Source of the DNA: Roseibacillus sp.
GTDB lineage: Bacteria > Verrucomicrobiota > Verrucomicrobiia > Verrucomicrobiales > Akkermansiaceae
Direction of reading: 5' to 3'
Assembly (NCBI GenBank): GCA_051251855.1
Contig: JBPOGI010000007.1
Coordinates: 192,001-256,000, forward strand
DNA length: 64,000 nucleotides
Made by a program: the position numbers and the translations under genes. How positions within the stretch are numbered: position 1 is the first letter of the stretch; each line of letters begins with the position of its first letter. Positions 20,356 to 29,021 of the stretch are shown piece by piece. Below the pieces are notes generated by a model. That model had not been told where the DNA came from. It did not search any database and worked only from the letters and a program-made list of their open reading frames with translations.

Positions 20356-21030
20356 TCAATCAGCCTCCGAGGCCTCGCCCTCACCCATGAGTGAACCCGC
20401 TTTGTCTTGGAGGCGTTGGAACAGATCGCTCGATTTCTGAGCCGCCTTTTCCTTCAGTTCCTCCTTCATCTTCTCTAGGCGACGAGATTTGAGAGCAATC
20501 TTCTGATCCTTTTTCGTCAACTCAACCTGTATGGGCTCATACCGTTCGTCAGTCACGACCAATTCGTCCCATCGATAGGTCAGGTAATTCTCCGGGCCCA
20601 CCATGGCTTTACTACGGCCAGAGTCCGACCGGAGCTCATACTTAACCGACCATGCTGGAATCAACGAATCCGAGAGAAAACGGAGACGAGCCTTGAAGAA
20701 GGTTTCATGAACAATGAACCCTCCAACAACCACAGCCATCAGTCCATAACCTATCAACCGCGCTGCAAAGTTTTCACGATGAAACTTCTTATGAGCTGCC
20801 CTTAAAGTTGGGCGCTCCCTTTTCTTACCGAACAAGGTCAAAAGCCCCCAGACCAACATCTCTACTAAAAGAACAACGAACTCTATCGCTACAATCAGGA
20901 GTTCCAAAATGACCGCAACAAAGTCGACTAAGAGAATAGGGAGCGCTTCGATTCCGTCCACGGTCTGAATTTGCTTCTCCAAACGACTCAAGTGAAGTCT
21001 CAAATTCGCATCAGACGAGGAAGGAAACAA
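20356..21030 (-). CDS. Hypothetical membrane protein
   Basis: Long hydrophobic helix plus a second TM segment; start uncertain. Confidence 0.55.
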   Translation of the reverse strand: MFPSSSDANLRLHLSRLEKQIQTVDGIEALPILLVDFVAVILELLIVAIEFVVLLVEMLVWGLLTLFGKKRERPTLRAAHKKFHRENFAARLIGYGLMAVVVGGFIVHETFFKARLRFLSDSLIPAWSVKYELRSDSGRSKAMVGPENYLTYRWDELVVTDERYEPIQVELTKKDQKIALKSRRLEKMKEELKEKAAQKSSDLFQRLQDKAGSLMGEGEASEAD

Positions 21031-21095
21031 AGCTCATGGCTAAGGAAGCGCTCACATCAGGACCGTCAACCTTCACGTGAGTGCACCACCAGCTT

Positions 21096-22580
21096 CTAGA
21101 GACCCAACTGCAGCTGATAGAAGAGTCGAGGCTCGCTGGGGTCAAAGGCACCCAACTCTCTCCGAGTGATCCCGTATCGAGGATAACTATACGGTCCATA
21201 TTCGTTATCCGAGGAAGTCATCGGTAAGGAAGCCTTCTCGCGCACTCGGAACTGAGTCACGCTTCCTTTCAGGGCATAAAGCACCACCATACCGTCCTCA
21301 ATGCGCAGCTCAGGAATATCAGGAAGCGAGGGAATCACGGTCAATTCGGCATCCTCATCCCATATCGCCACATCATTCGAAATCCCCTTAGATAGCTCCC
21401 ATCCTCGCGAAAACCCACCGCCGACGAAAACTCGATCATTACCATCGATTCCGATACAATTGACGATTTGCGAACCAGTGGAGCCCAGTCCCGATCCCAT
21501 CGACTTCCAAGAACCGCTATCATTCCAATACGCAACATGATTCGCATCGCCCACTGCTCCGCCAACGGTCGTCTGAATATCGCCCCCGACATAAACCTTC
21601 CCCGTAGAATCAATTTCTAAATCATAGACGCCATCCGCCACGAAAGTGAGACCATTCGATTGCTCGTAGTCTGGTCCAAAACCGCCGTCCAACCCATCCC
21701 ATGTCCCTGTCAAAGGGTCGTAAGCCGCCACATCCCCAGCAGCCAGATTCGATGCTCCCACGGTGCTGAAACTGCCTCCCACAAAAATCCGTCCATCAGG
21801 ATGTCTTGCCATCGTGCGAATGACTCCCGATCCCCCGATATCCACCCCTCCCGCATAGGTGCTCCAAGCTGAACCATCCCAACGCTTAAAGCCATCCGCA
21901 GTCCGAGTCGCTGCCAATAAGTCCCCGTTGGGAAGAATCAACAAGTCATCCACAATCCCGCCAGTGCCAGTTCCGATGGCCTCCCAGGTCCCGGTGCTCA
22001 CACTATTCCCCGCCCCCAATTCGTAGCGCAAAATGTAGCGCTCATTCGTGGGGTTCGCTCCATTGGTGAAATTGCCTCCGACATAAATGTAATTGGCATC
22101 GCTCGCGATAGCCAACACTCGGCCATCCACAGGACCATTGTCCCAATCGTCATTCGCTAGATTCGAGCTCGGATCAAAGAGAGCTTCCCAAGTATTGTTC
22201 GTGGGATTGAATCTTACAATTCGCCGCGCCTCCGTTTCAGCAGGGAAAGCAAAGTTCCCCCCAAAGAAAATGAAGCCATTCGCATCTTCATAAATCTCAT
22301 CAACCCGACCACCAATATCCTGAAAGACATTGGGCACATCGAGTCCCGGCACATTCTCCCACTGCTCGGTCGCATAATTGTAGCGAGTCAAATCCTCTTC
22401 ATTCGCATTTCCCCCGGCCGAAATCAAAAGCCCTCCCATATAGAGATGAGTATCGGTGCTCAGCATCGCAAAAGGCTCTCCTCGATGATCGGTTTCATCA
22501 TAGAACCAATGCTGGTCATCAGCAACTTGGGCAGACAGAGAAGTCACAAGCGAGGCCGTGAAGATAAGAGACAATTTCAT
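21096..22580 (-). CDS. Secreted beta-propeller repeat protein (delta-60/Rax2-like blades)
   Basis: Signal MKLSLIFTASL..SAQ; repeated Y/FVGG.F..A.YD...W blades; C-terminal RLFYQLQL. Confidence 0.72.
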   Translation of the reverse strand: MKLSLIFTASLVTSLSAQVADDQHWFYDETDHRGEPFAMLSTDTHLYMGGLLISAGGNANEEDLTRYNYATEQWENVPGLDVPNVFQDIGGRVDEIYEDANGFIFFGGNFAFPAETEARRIVRFNPTNNTWEALFDPSSNLANDDWDNGPVDGRVLAIASDANYIYVGGNFTNGANPTNERYILRYELGAGNSVSTGTWEAIGTGTGGIVDDLLILPNGDLLAATRTADGFKRWDGSAWSTYAGGVDIGGSGVIRTMARHPDGRIFVGGSFSTVGASNLAAGDVAAYDPLTGTWDGLDGGFGPDYEQSNGLTFVADGVYDLEIDSTGKVYVGGDIQTTVGGAVGDANHVAYWNDSGSWKSMGSGLGSTGSQIVNCIGIDGNDRVFVGGGFSRGWELSKGISNDVAIWDEDAELTVIPSLPDIPELRIEDGMVVLYALKGSVTQFRVREKASLPMTSSDNEYGPYSYPRYGITRRELGAFDPSEPRLFYQLQLGL

Positions 22581-22764
22581 AAAATAGAGCGGTTGTTGTA
22601 AAAAGAAGCTGCAAAAGACAGCTTCCTCATCCTCTACTAGCGAAGTTTCCACCCTAAAATTACAGAAAAAGTTCGGATTTTTTCCTAACCATCCGCGAAC
22701 GAAGTCGAAATGAACAAACAAAACCTTTGCGCTCGTCGCACTCTTTGAGGTGAATAAACACTCG

Positions 22765-23865
22765 ATGCCCTCCCCGCCACGCGCTTGCGCCGAGATTGAC
22801 CTCTCAGCCCTCGACCATAATCTCGCCTTCGCTCGTCGTCATTCCGGCCAGCAAGTCATGGCTGTATTGAAGGCTGGAGCCTACGGACACGGCCTCTCCA
22901 AACTCGCCAAACACCTCGACAACCAAAGCCTCCCCTACTTTGGCGTCGCCAATGTTCATGAAGCCCGCCTCCTGGCTGACGACGGAATTCAGACTCCCAT
23001 CTACCTCCTTGGAGCCTCCTTCCCGGAAGAACGCGAAGAGATCGTGCAACGTGGCTGGACCCCTTGCCTCTCCTCCCTCGCAGAAATTGACGACTTCTCA
23101 CAGCTCTGCACCAAACAGGAAAAAGTCCTCTCAGCACACCTCGCTATCGATACTGGCATGGGTCGCGGTGGTTTCCTCCCCGGAAAAGTCGCCAGCGCCC
23201 TCGACCACCTCGCCCTTCCTCAAAACAAGTCAATCCAGCTAAAAGGAGTCGGCTCTCACCTTCCCTCCGCTGACGAAGACGAAACCTTCACCAAAGCACA
23301 ATTCGACACCTTCGACCAACTCGTCACCGAACACTTTTCCCAAGAGCGGAACTTTCACATCCACCTCTCTAACAGCGCCGGACTCCTCGACTACCAATCT
23401 AGGACTACCAATCTCATACGCCCCGGCCTCATGCTCTACGGAGTCTCCCCGCTACCCGATTGGCAAAAGGAGTTACGCCCCGTCATGTCGCTGAAGTCCC
23501 GCGTCTCCCTCGTCCGTAGTCTCCCCGCTGGCCACGGCGTCAGCTACGGTCGCACCAGCATTCTCGAAAGAGACACCGCTGTCGCCACCATCGGCGTTGG
23601 CTATGGCGACGGCTATCCCCGCAACGTCTCCGGTCAAGGAGCCCACATCCTCATCAACGGCCAAAAAGCCCCCCTCCTCGGTCGCGTCACTATGGACCAA
23701 ATCATGGCCGACGTCTCCCACCTCCCCAGCTGCCAGCCAGGTGACGAAGTCGAGCTCTTCGGCCCCAACCTCCCCGTTGCCCAAGTGGCCGACTGGGCCA
23801 ACACCATCCCCTGGGAAGTCCTCACCCGCATCACCCCTAGGGTCTCACGCCAGTATTCGTCCTAA
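22765..23865 (+). CDS. alr: Alanine racemase
   Basis: AVLKAGAYGHG (PLP lysine), IDTGMGRGG, GVSYG, GYGDGYPR, GRVTMDQ. Confidence 0.95.
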   Translation: MPSPPRACAEIDLSALDHNLAFARRHSGQQVMAVLKAGAYGHGLSKLAKHLDNQSLPYFGVANVHEARLLADDGIQTPIYLLGASFPEEREEIVQRGWTPCLSSLAEIDDFSQLCTKQEKVLSAHLAIDTGMGRGGFLPGKVASALDHLALPQNKSIQLKGVGSHLPSADEDETFTKAQFDTFDQLVTEHFSQERNFHIHLSNSAGLLDYQSRTTNLIRPGLMLYGVSPLPDWQKELRPVMSLKSRVSLVRSLPAGHGVSYGRTSILERDTAVATIGVGYGDGYPRNVSGQGAHILINGQKAPLLGRVTMDQIMADVSHLPSCQPGDEVELFGPNLPVAQVADWANTIPWEVLTRITPRVSRQYSS

Positions 23866-23943
23866 GCAACCCTGCTCCAATTTCCTCCATAGATTTTTCG
23901 TTTTTCGTTTTTCGTTCTCCCGTTCCCAGCCTAGAACCCCCTC

Positions 23944-24678
23944 ATGAATTTAACAGTCACCGGACGCACCGGACGCATGGGCCAATCCGTTATCGCCGCC
24001 ATCGAGGCCGAGCCCAACGCCAGCCTTCACTCCACTCACGACAAAGGCGAAGACCTTCCTGCCGCCCTCGCAGGCTCCCAAGGGGTCATCGACTTCACCC
24101 TACCCAGCCTCACCGACGACCTTCTCGAAAAAGCCCTCGCCGCCGGCACCCCACTCATCATCGGCACCACAGGCCACACCGACGAGCAACGCGCCGCAAT
24201 TGCCAAGGCCGCCGAAACCCTCCCCATCGTCTTCGCCTCCAACTACTCAGTCGGCGTCAACACCCTCTTCTGGCTCACCCGCCATGCCGCCCGTATTCTC
24301 GGCAACGAGACCTTCGACATCGAGGTCACCGAGATGCATCACCGCCACAAAGTGGATGCCCCCTCCGGCACCGCTCGCACTCTGCTGGAAGTCCTCAACG
24401 AAGAGACCAACACTTCCTACAAAGACGACATCGACCACGGCCGCTTCGGCGACACCGGTCCTCGTCCCCAAGGCCGTATCGGCATGCACACCCTTCGCGG
24501 TGGCGACGTGGTCGGCGACCACACCGTCATGTTTGCTGCCGACGGCGAGCGCGTAGAACTCACCCACAAAGCCTCCTCGCGCATGACCTTCGCCAGCGGA
24601 GCCGTCCGCGCCGCCCTCTGGCTCGAAGGCAAGCCTCCCGGCCTCTACTCCATGCAGGACGTTCTCGGTTTGGCTTAA
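23944..24678 (+). CDS. dapB: 4-hydroxy-tetrahydrodipicolinate reductase
   Basis: GRTGRMG, IIGTTG, EMHHRHKVDAPSGTA, RGGDVVGDH. Confidence 0.95.
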   Translation: MNLTVTGRTGRMGQSVIAAIEAEPNASLHSTHDKGEDLPAALAGSQGVIDFTLPSLTDDLLEKALAAGTPLIIGTTGHTDEQRAAIAKAAETLPIVFASNYSVGVNTLFWLTRHAARILGNETFDIEVTEMHHRHKVDAPSGTARTLLEVLNEETNTSYKDDIDHGRFGDTGPRPQGRIGMHTLRGGDVVGDHTVMFAADGERVELTHKASSRMTFASGAVRAALWLEGKPPGLYSMQDVLGLA

Positions 24679-24690
24679 AGAACTCTCCTC

Positions 24691-25194
24691 ATGAAAGTGT
24701 TCCTGGCGCTCGGCTCGAATCTCGGTAATCGCCTTGGTAACCTTCAACGTGCGCGCCAGCTTCTGTCAGCCCTGTCTGTTGGCGACATGCAATCGGCCGC
24801 TCTCTACGAAACCGATCCCCTCGACTGCCCACCAGATTCGCCCGCCTTTCTTAATAGCGCGATCTCCTTCCAAACTGAACTCTCCCCCGAAGAACTCCTC
24901 GCCAAAACCCAAGCCATCGAGAGCCACCTCGGTCGGGAAGCCAAAGAGACTCGCGCTACCAACGCCCCCCGCCCCGTCGATATCGATCTTCTCTGCTGTG
25001 GCGAAGAGGTACGTCTGACGGACGACCTAACCCTCCCCCACCCACGCCTCCACGAACGCCTCTTTGTTCTCTACCCCTTACGCGACTTGGCCCCGACCCT
25101 CATTCCTCCCACCCACGCCAACCCCATCTCCATTCTGCTAGAACTTTGCGAATCAACCGAACTCCCGCCGCTCCTGCTTCAGGCCGCGTGGTAG
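24691..25194 (+). CDS. folK: 2-amino-4-hydroxy-6-hydroxymethyldihydropteridine diphosphokinase
   Basis: LALGSNLG, FLNSA, PRPVDIDLL, LPHPRLHERLFVL. Confidence 0.93.
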   Translation: MKVFLALGSNLGNRLGNLQRARQLLSALSVGDMQSAALYETDPLDCPPDSPAFLNSAISFQTELSPEELLAKTQAIESHLGREAKETRATNAPRPVDIDLLCCGEEVRLTDDLTLPHPRLHERLFVLYPLRDLAPTLIPPTHANPISILLELCESTELPPLLLQAAW

Positions 25195-25230
25195 TCTTTG
25201 CATTTCTCTCTATCTGGAGGACACTCCGCC

Positions 25231-25713
25231 ATGGAGCACATCATCCAAGAGCAATTCCTCCCCATCTCTCGCGAAGAAGCATGGGAATTCTTCTCACACC
25301 CCCTTAATCTCGATAAAATCACCCCCGACGACCTCGGCTTCTCGACCACAAGCTGCCCCGAGGGCCCCGTCTATCCAGGTGCCATCATCATTCACAAAAT
25401 CAAGCTCGCTCCAGGCCTCTCCATCCCTTGGGTCACCGAGATCAAAGCAGTCGAGAAAGGCTACTCTTTCGTTGACGAACAACGCTTCGGACCCTACCGC
25501 TTCTGGCATCACCGCCACTCTTTCGAAGACGCGGAGGGGGGCGTCCTCATCCGAGACGAAGTTCATTGGAAAGTTCCCTTTGAGCCCTTCAGCGCTCCCA
25601 TCAAAGCCCTTTTCGTAAAGCCCAAAACCTTGGGCATCTTTGAGCATCGCAAAAAAATCCTCGCCGATTACTTCGCTAAAAACGCTAGCGAGAATGAACC
25701 GGAGTCGGTTTGA
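25231..25713 (+). CDS. SRPBCC family protein
   Basis: WEFFSHPLNL..ITP; FVDEQRFGPYRFWHHRHSF. Confidence 0.85.
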   Translation: MEHIIQEQFLPISREEAWEFFSHPLNLDKITPDDLGFSTTSCPEGPVYPGAIIIHKIKLAPGLSIPWVTEIKAVEKGYSFVDEQRFGPYRFWHHRHSFEDAEGGVLIRDEVHWKVPFEPFSAPIKALFVKPKTLGIFEHRKKILADYFAKNASENEPESV

Positions 25714-26026
25714 GCTGCTCCTTCTGTTGTCGAGCAGCAACCATAAACAACCCGAGCGTCAGAAAGACAAATCCAAGCGTCAACGACATCGTCGGCGTCA
25801 TCGTCAACAGCGTAATCACTTCACGGCTAAAGGTGAGATGAATGGGATTCACAAGCATTGCCGCGATATAGGCCGGGTAAATCATCGAAAAGGCCACCAA
25901 GATTGCGCCCGAAGACAAGAGCCATCCGCCACGATGACCAGAGCGGACAAGACGAATGCCAACCCACACAAGAAGAGTGAGCCCGATGTAACCTACAAAA
26001 TTCCCTGAATGTAAAAGTGAGGCCAT
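25685..26026 (-). CDS. Small membrane protein
   Basis: Three hydrophobic segments; start abuts the stop of the upstream gene. Confidence 0.55.
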   Translation of the reverse strand: MASLLHSGNFVGYIGLTLLVWVGIRLVRSGHRGGWLLSSGAILVAFSMIYPAYIAAMLVNPIHLTFSREVITLLTMTPTMSLTLGFVFLTLGLFMVAARQQKEQLKPTPVHSR

Positions 26027-26370
26027 TAGTCTTCTTTGTTGATGATTTTAGCTTTTTTCCCCGAAGGGAGATTGCGAAACTTTAAGAACATCCCCGCTCC
26101 CAACGCGAGGAATCCAAAGTTGAAATTGAGAGATACCGGATTAACGCTCGCCGTGGGCGTCACCTCGGAAATTGCGGTCAGGGGAGCCAGCACCACAAAT
26201 GAGAACACCATTAAGAATGCCGCGCTTAATAGAAGCATCCGAGTGGTACGCCCTGCACCGGAAAGGAAGAACATCACTGCCACCGCAAGAACGATTGAGG
26301 ATGAAGCAAAAACAAGAAAGCGCTCGTCAGAGGCAAAGACATCCAGATAATCTGCAAAATCAGGTAACAT
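26026..26370 (-). CDS. Small membrane protein
   Basis: Three hydrophobic segments, layout similar to its neighbour. Confidence 0.5.
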   Translation of the reverse strand: MLPDFADYLDVFASDERFLVFASSSIVLAVAVMFFLSGAGRTTRMLLLSAAFLMVFSFVVLAPLTAISEVTPTASVNPVSLNFNFGFLALGAGMFLKFRNLPSGKKAKIINKED

Positions 26371-26534
26371 TGCATGACACTAAATCGGGAAAGGTCGGTC
26401 ATCACAATAAGATTGAACCACGGATGTTCAGACCATGAAGCCACTAAAACTATAAGCTTTTCCTTAAGTTTTAGCGGCAGCGTAACTCAGTGCACTCTTG
26501 ACAGCCACGCGCTCGTGAGGCGATACCGCGCGTG

Positions 26535-27734
26535 ATGAACAAGCTCTCGATTCGCGATTTAGACGCAGCAGGAAAGGAAGTTTTGATGCGTGCGGACTTC
26601 AACGTCCCCCTCAATGATGCCGGCGAAATCACCGACGACACCCGTATTCAGGCAGCCCTCCCCTCTATCGAACACCTCAAAAAAGCAGGCGCAAAGCTTG
26701 TTCTTTGCTCACACATGGGTCGCCCGAAAGGCGAGCGGAACAGCAAGTATTCTCTTCAACCTGTCGCTACCCGCCTCAGCGAACTCCTCGGTTGCGAGGT
26801 CACATTTGCCAATGACTGTATCGGCGAAGAAGCCGCAGCAGCGCGCGCAGCCCTCACCGACGGCTCAATTCTTCTTCTCGAAAACACCCGCTTCCACGCC
26901 GCCGAAACTGCCAACGAAGCACCCTTTGCTGAAGCACTCGCTGGCACCGCCGAAATCTTCGTCAACGACGCCTTTGGCACTGCCCACCGCGCCCACGGCT
27001 CCACCGAAGGAGTCACTCACCACGTCACCCAAAGTGCCATGGGACTCCTCATGGAGCGCGAACTGGAATACCTCGTCGGCAAGGTCGGCAACCCAGACCG
27101 CCCTCTTCTCGTCATCATGGGTGGAGCTAAAGTAAGCGACAAAATTCAAGTCATCACCGCCCTTCTCGACAAAGCCGACACCATCCTCATCGGTGGCGCA
27201 ATGGCCTACACTTTCCGCAAAGCCCAAGGCTACAAGGTTGGCATGAGCCTCGTAGAGAACGATAAGCTCGACCTCGCCCTCGAAATCCTCAAAAAGGCCG
27301 AGGAAAAGGGCGTTAAATTCCTTCTTCCTGCCGACACTCTTATTACTCAGGAATTCAAGGACGGAGCTGAGACCCAAAACACCGCCCCTTACGCTGATGG
27401 AGGAACCATCCCAGACGATTGGGAAGGTATCGACATCGGCTCAGTTGCTATCGGCGAATTCAAAAGTGTCGTTGCCGAGGCCAAGACCATTCTCTGGAAC
27501 GGTCCCATGGGCGTCTTCGAAATCGACACCTTCGCTACCGGCACTAAGGAACTCGCTGAAGCTGTCGCCGCTAGCGACGCCGTCAGCATCGTGGGTGGAG
27601 GCGACTCCGTCACCGCTGCCAACAAGTTCGGTGTCGCTGACCGCATGACATTCATCTCCACTGGAGGAGGAGCCAGCCTCGAGCTTCTCGAAGGCAAGGA
27701 CCTCCCTGGAGTCGCCGCCCTTAGCGAAGCCTAA
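26535..27734 (+). CDS. pgk: Phosphoglycerate kinase
   Basis: RADFNVP, SHMGRPKG, LLENTRF, NDAFGTAHRAH, GGAKVSDK, GGGDS, STGGGASLE. Confidence 0.97.
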   Translation: MNKLSIRDLDAAGKEVLMRADFNVPLNDAGEITDDTRIQAALPSIEHLKKAGAKLVLCSHMGRPKGERNSKYSLQPVATRLSELLGCEVTFANDCIGEEAAAARAALTDGSILLLENTRFHAAETANEAPFAEALAGTAEIFVNDAFGTAHRAHGSTEGVTHHVTQSAMGLLMERELEYLVGKVGNPDRPLLVIMGGAKVSDKIQVITALLDKADTILIGGAMAYTFRKAQGYKVGMSLVENDKLDLALEILKKAEEKGVKFLLPADTLITQEFKDGAETQNTAPYADGGTIPDDWEGIDIGSVAIGEFKSVVAEAKTILWNGPMGVFEIDTFATGTKELAEAVAASDAVSIVGGGDSVTAANKFGVADRMTFISTGGGASLELLEGKDLPGVAALSEA

Positions 27735-27750
27735 AAAGCGCTCTCTTTTT

Positions 27751-27790
27751 AAAAAGCCGCCCTTCGAACCATTCGTCGGGCGGCTTTTTT
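27751..27790 (+). terminator. Intrinsic terminator after pgk
   Basis: AAAAAGCCGCCC ... GGGCGGCTTTTTT. Confidence 0.85.
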
Positions 27791-27849
27791 GTATAACATG
27801 GCAAAGAACGAACTACCCCACACCGCTCAATCCCAATAGAATCCGCCCT

Positions 27850-28218
27850 GTGAGCAGTCTCAATGTAGCCGTCGTGCTAACCCTCATCACCGGATTCGGT
27901 GGAGCCGTCGCTGGTGGCTACGTCTTCCGCGCCCCTTGGTGGTCTTGGCCGCTCATGGGAATCGCTGGTCTTTTTATCGGACTGATCGGAGCCATCATTC
28001 AGAACCAGATACGCATTCGCTTTCTGGAAAAAGGCGATGAAAACGAAAAAGGATTCCTCGGAGGCCTCCGCTTCGCAGCCAAGCTTGTCCTTCCCTTCGT
28101 TGCGGTAATTCTTGTTACCATTGTCACCGTCACAGGTTCCGTCTTTCTCACCAAAGCGATCTGGCCCGAACTCGCAGCGAATCCCCGCGACCTCGGTCGT
28201 CTCGAAGGTTCCCTCTAA
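27850..28218 (+). CDS. Hypothetical membrane protein
   Basis: Three TM-like segments, GTG start. Confidence 0.55.
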   Translation: MSSLNVAVVLTLITGFGGAVAGGYVFRAPWWSWPLMGIAGLFIGLIGAIIQNQIRIRFLEKGDENEKGFLGGLRFAAKLVLPFVAVILVTIVTVTGSVFLTKAIWPELAANPRDLGRLEGSL

Positions 28219-28232
28219 GGAGAGAGGAGAGG

Positions 28233-28979
28233 CTAACGCCCTACCTCATACCAAAACTGATTCGCTGCCTCTCGATCTGTCCCTCGAAAGACGCGCCAGA
28301 CGAAGCGTGGGTTGAGAAACAGATACCAATCCCCAAACTGGTCGAACTTACGACACGACGTCGTTAAAGGAGCCTGCACATTCGTCCCAAAACGCCGTCT
28401 CGTCGCTTTGCCGTGAGCCTTAAGCCTCTTCGCAAAATCCAAGTCCTCAATAGATACCAGCTCTTCATTGAAGCCTCCGATCGCTCGAAAGTCCCTCGTC
28501 TGGCACCAGAAAAGCCCGAATGAAACCCCGTGCCAAATCAGATACGGCATCACCGACCCCACACTAAAGAAGATGCCCAACGACCAGCGCTCCGGAAGGG
28601 TGAAGCTTCCCCCTCCTACAAACTTCCCTGTCGCTAGCTTCTCCTGAATCACTTCAAAAGTCCATTTATGCGGAACACTATCGGCATCGCAGGTCACCAG
28701 AATCGGTGCCGTCGCCACTGCAGCGCCTGCATTGCGAATCTTCGAAAGGTTGGCCTCATCTTCCCTCACGATTTTCGCGCCCGCCTCGCATGCAATCGCC
28801 TCCGTGCCATCAGAACATCGATTCAGCACCACAATCACCTCCACCTCAATCTTCGAAAAAGCCTCTGCCTGCTTCACCCCTACGAGACACTTGGGCAAAA
28901 ACTGTTCCTCATTATGAGCAGGAATAACGATGGAGATGTCAGCGATGGCGGAAGCTACTCCATCAACGGAGCTGGTCAA
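28233..28979 (-). CDS. Glycosyltransferase family 2
   Basis: ISIVIPAHNEE, RNAGA, DAD, GGFNE..EDLDF; start uncertain. Confidence 0.88.
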   Translation of the reverse strand: MTSSVDGVASAIADISIVIPAHNEEQFLPKCLVGVKQAEAFSKIEVEVIVVLNRCSDGTEAIACEAGAKIVREDEANLSKIRNAGAAVATAPILVTCDADSVPHKWTFEVIQEKLATGKFVGGGSFTLPERWSLGIFFSVGSVMPYLIWHGVSFGLFWCQTRDFRAIGGFNEELVSIEDLDFAKRLKAHGKATRRRFGTNVQAPLTTSCRKFDQFGDWYLFLNPRFVWRVFRGTDREAANQFWYEVGR

Positions 28980-29021
28980 TCGTCGGTCAATGAGAAAGAG
29001 GAGACCTCTTTTCTCTGCAAC

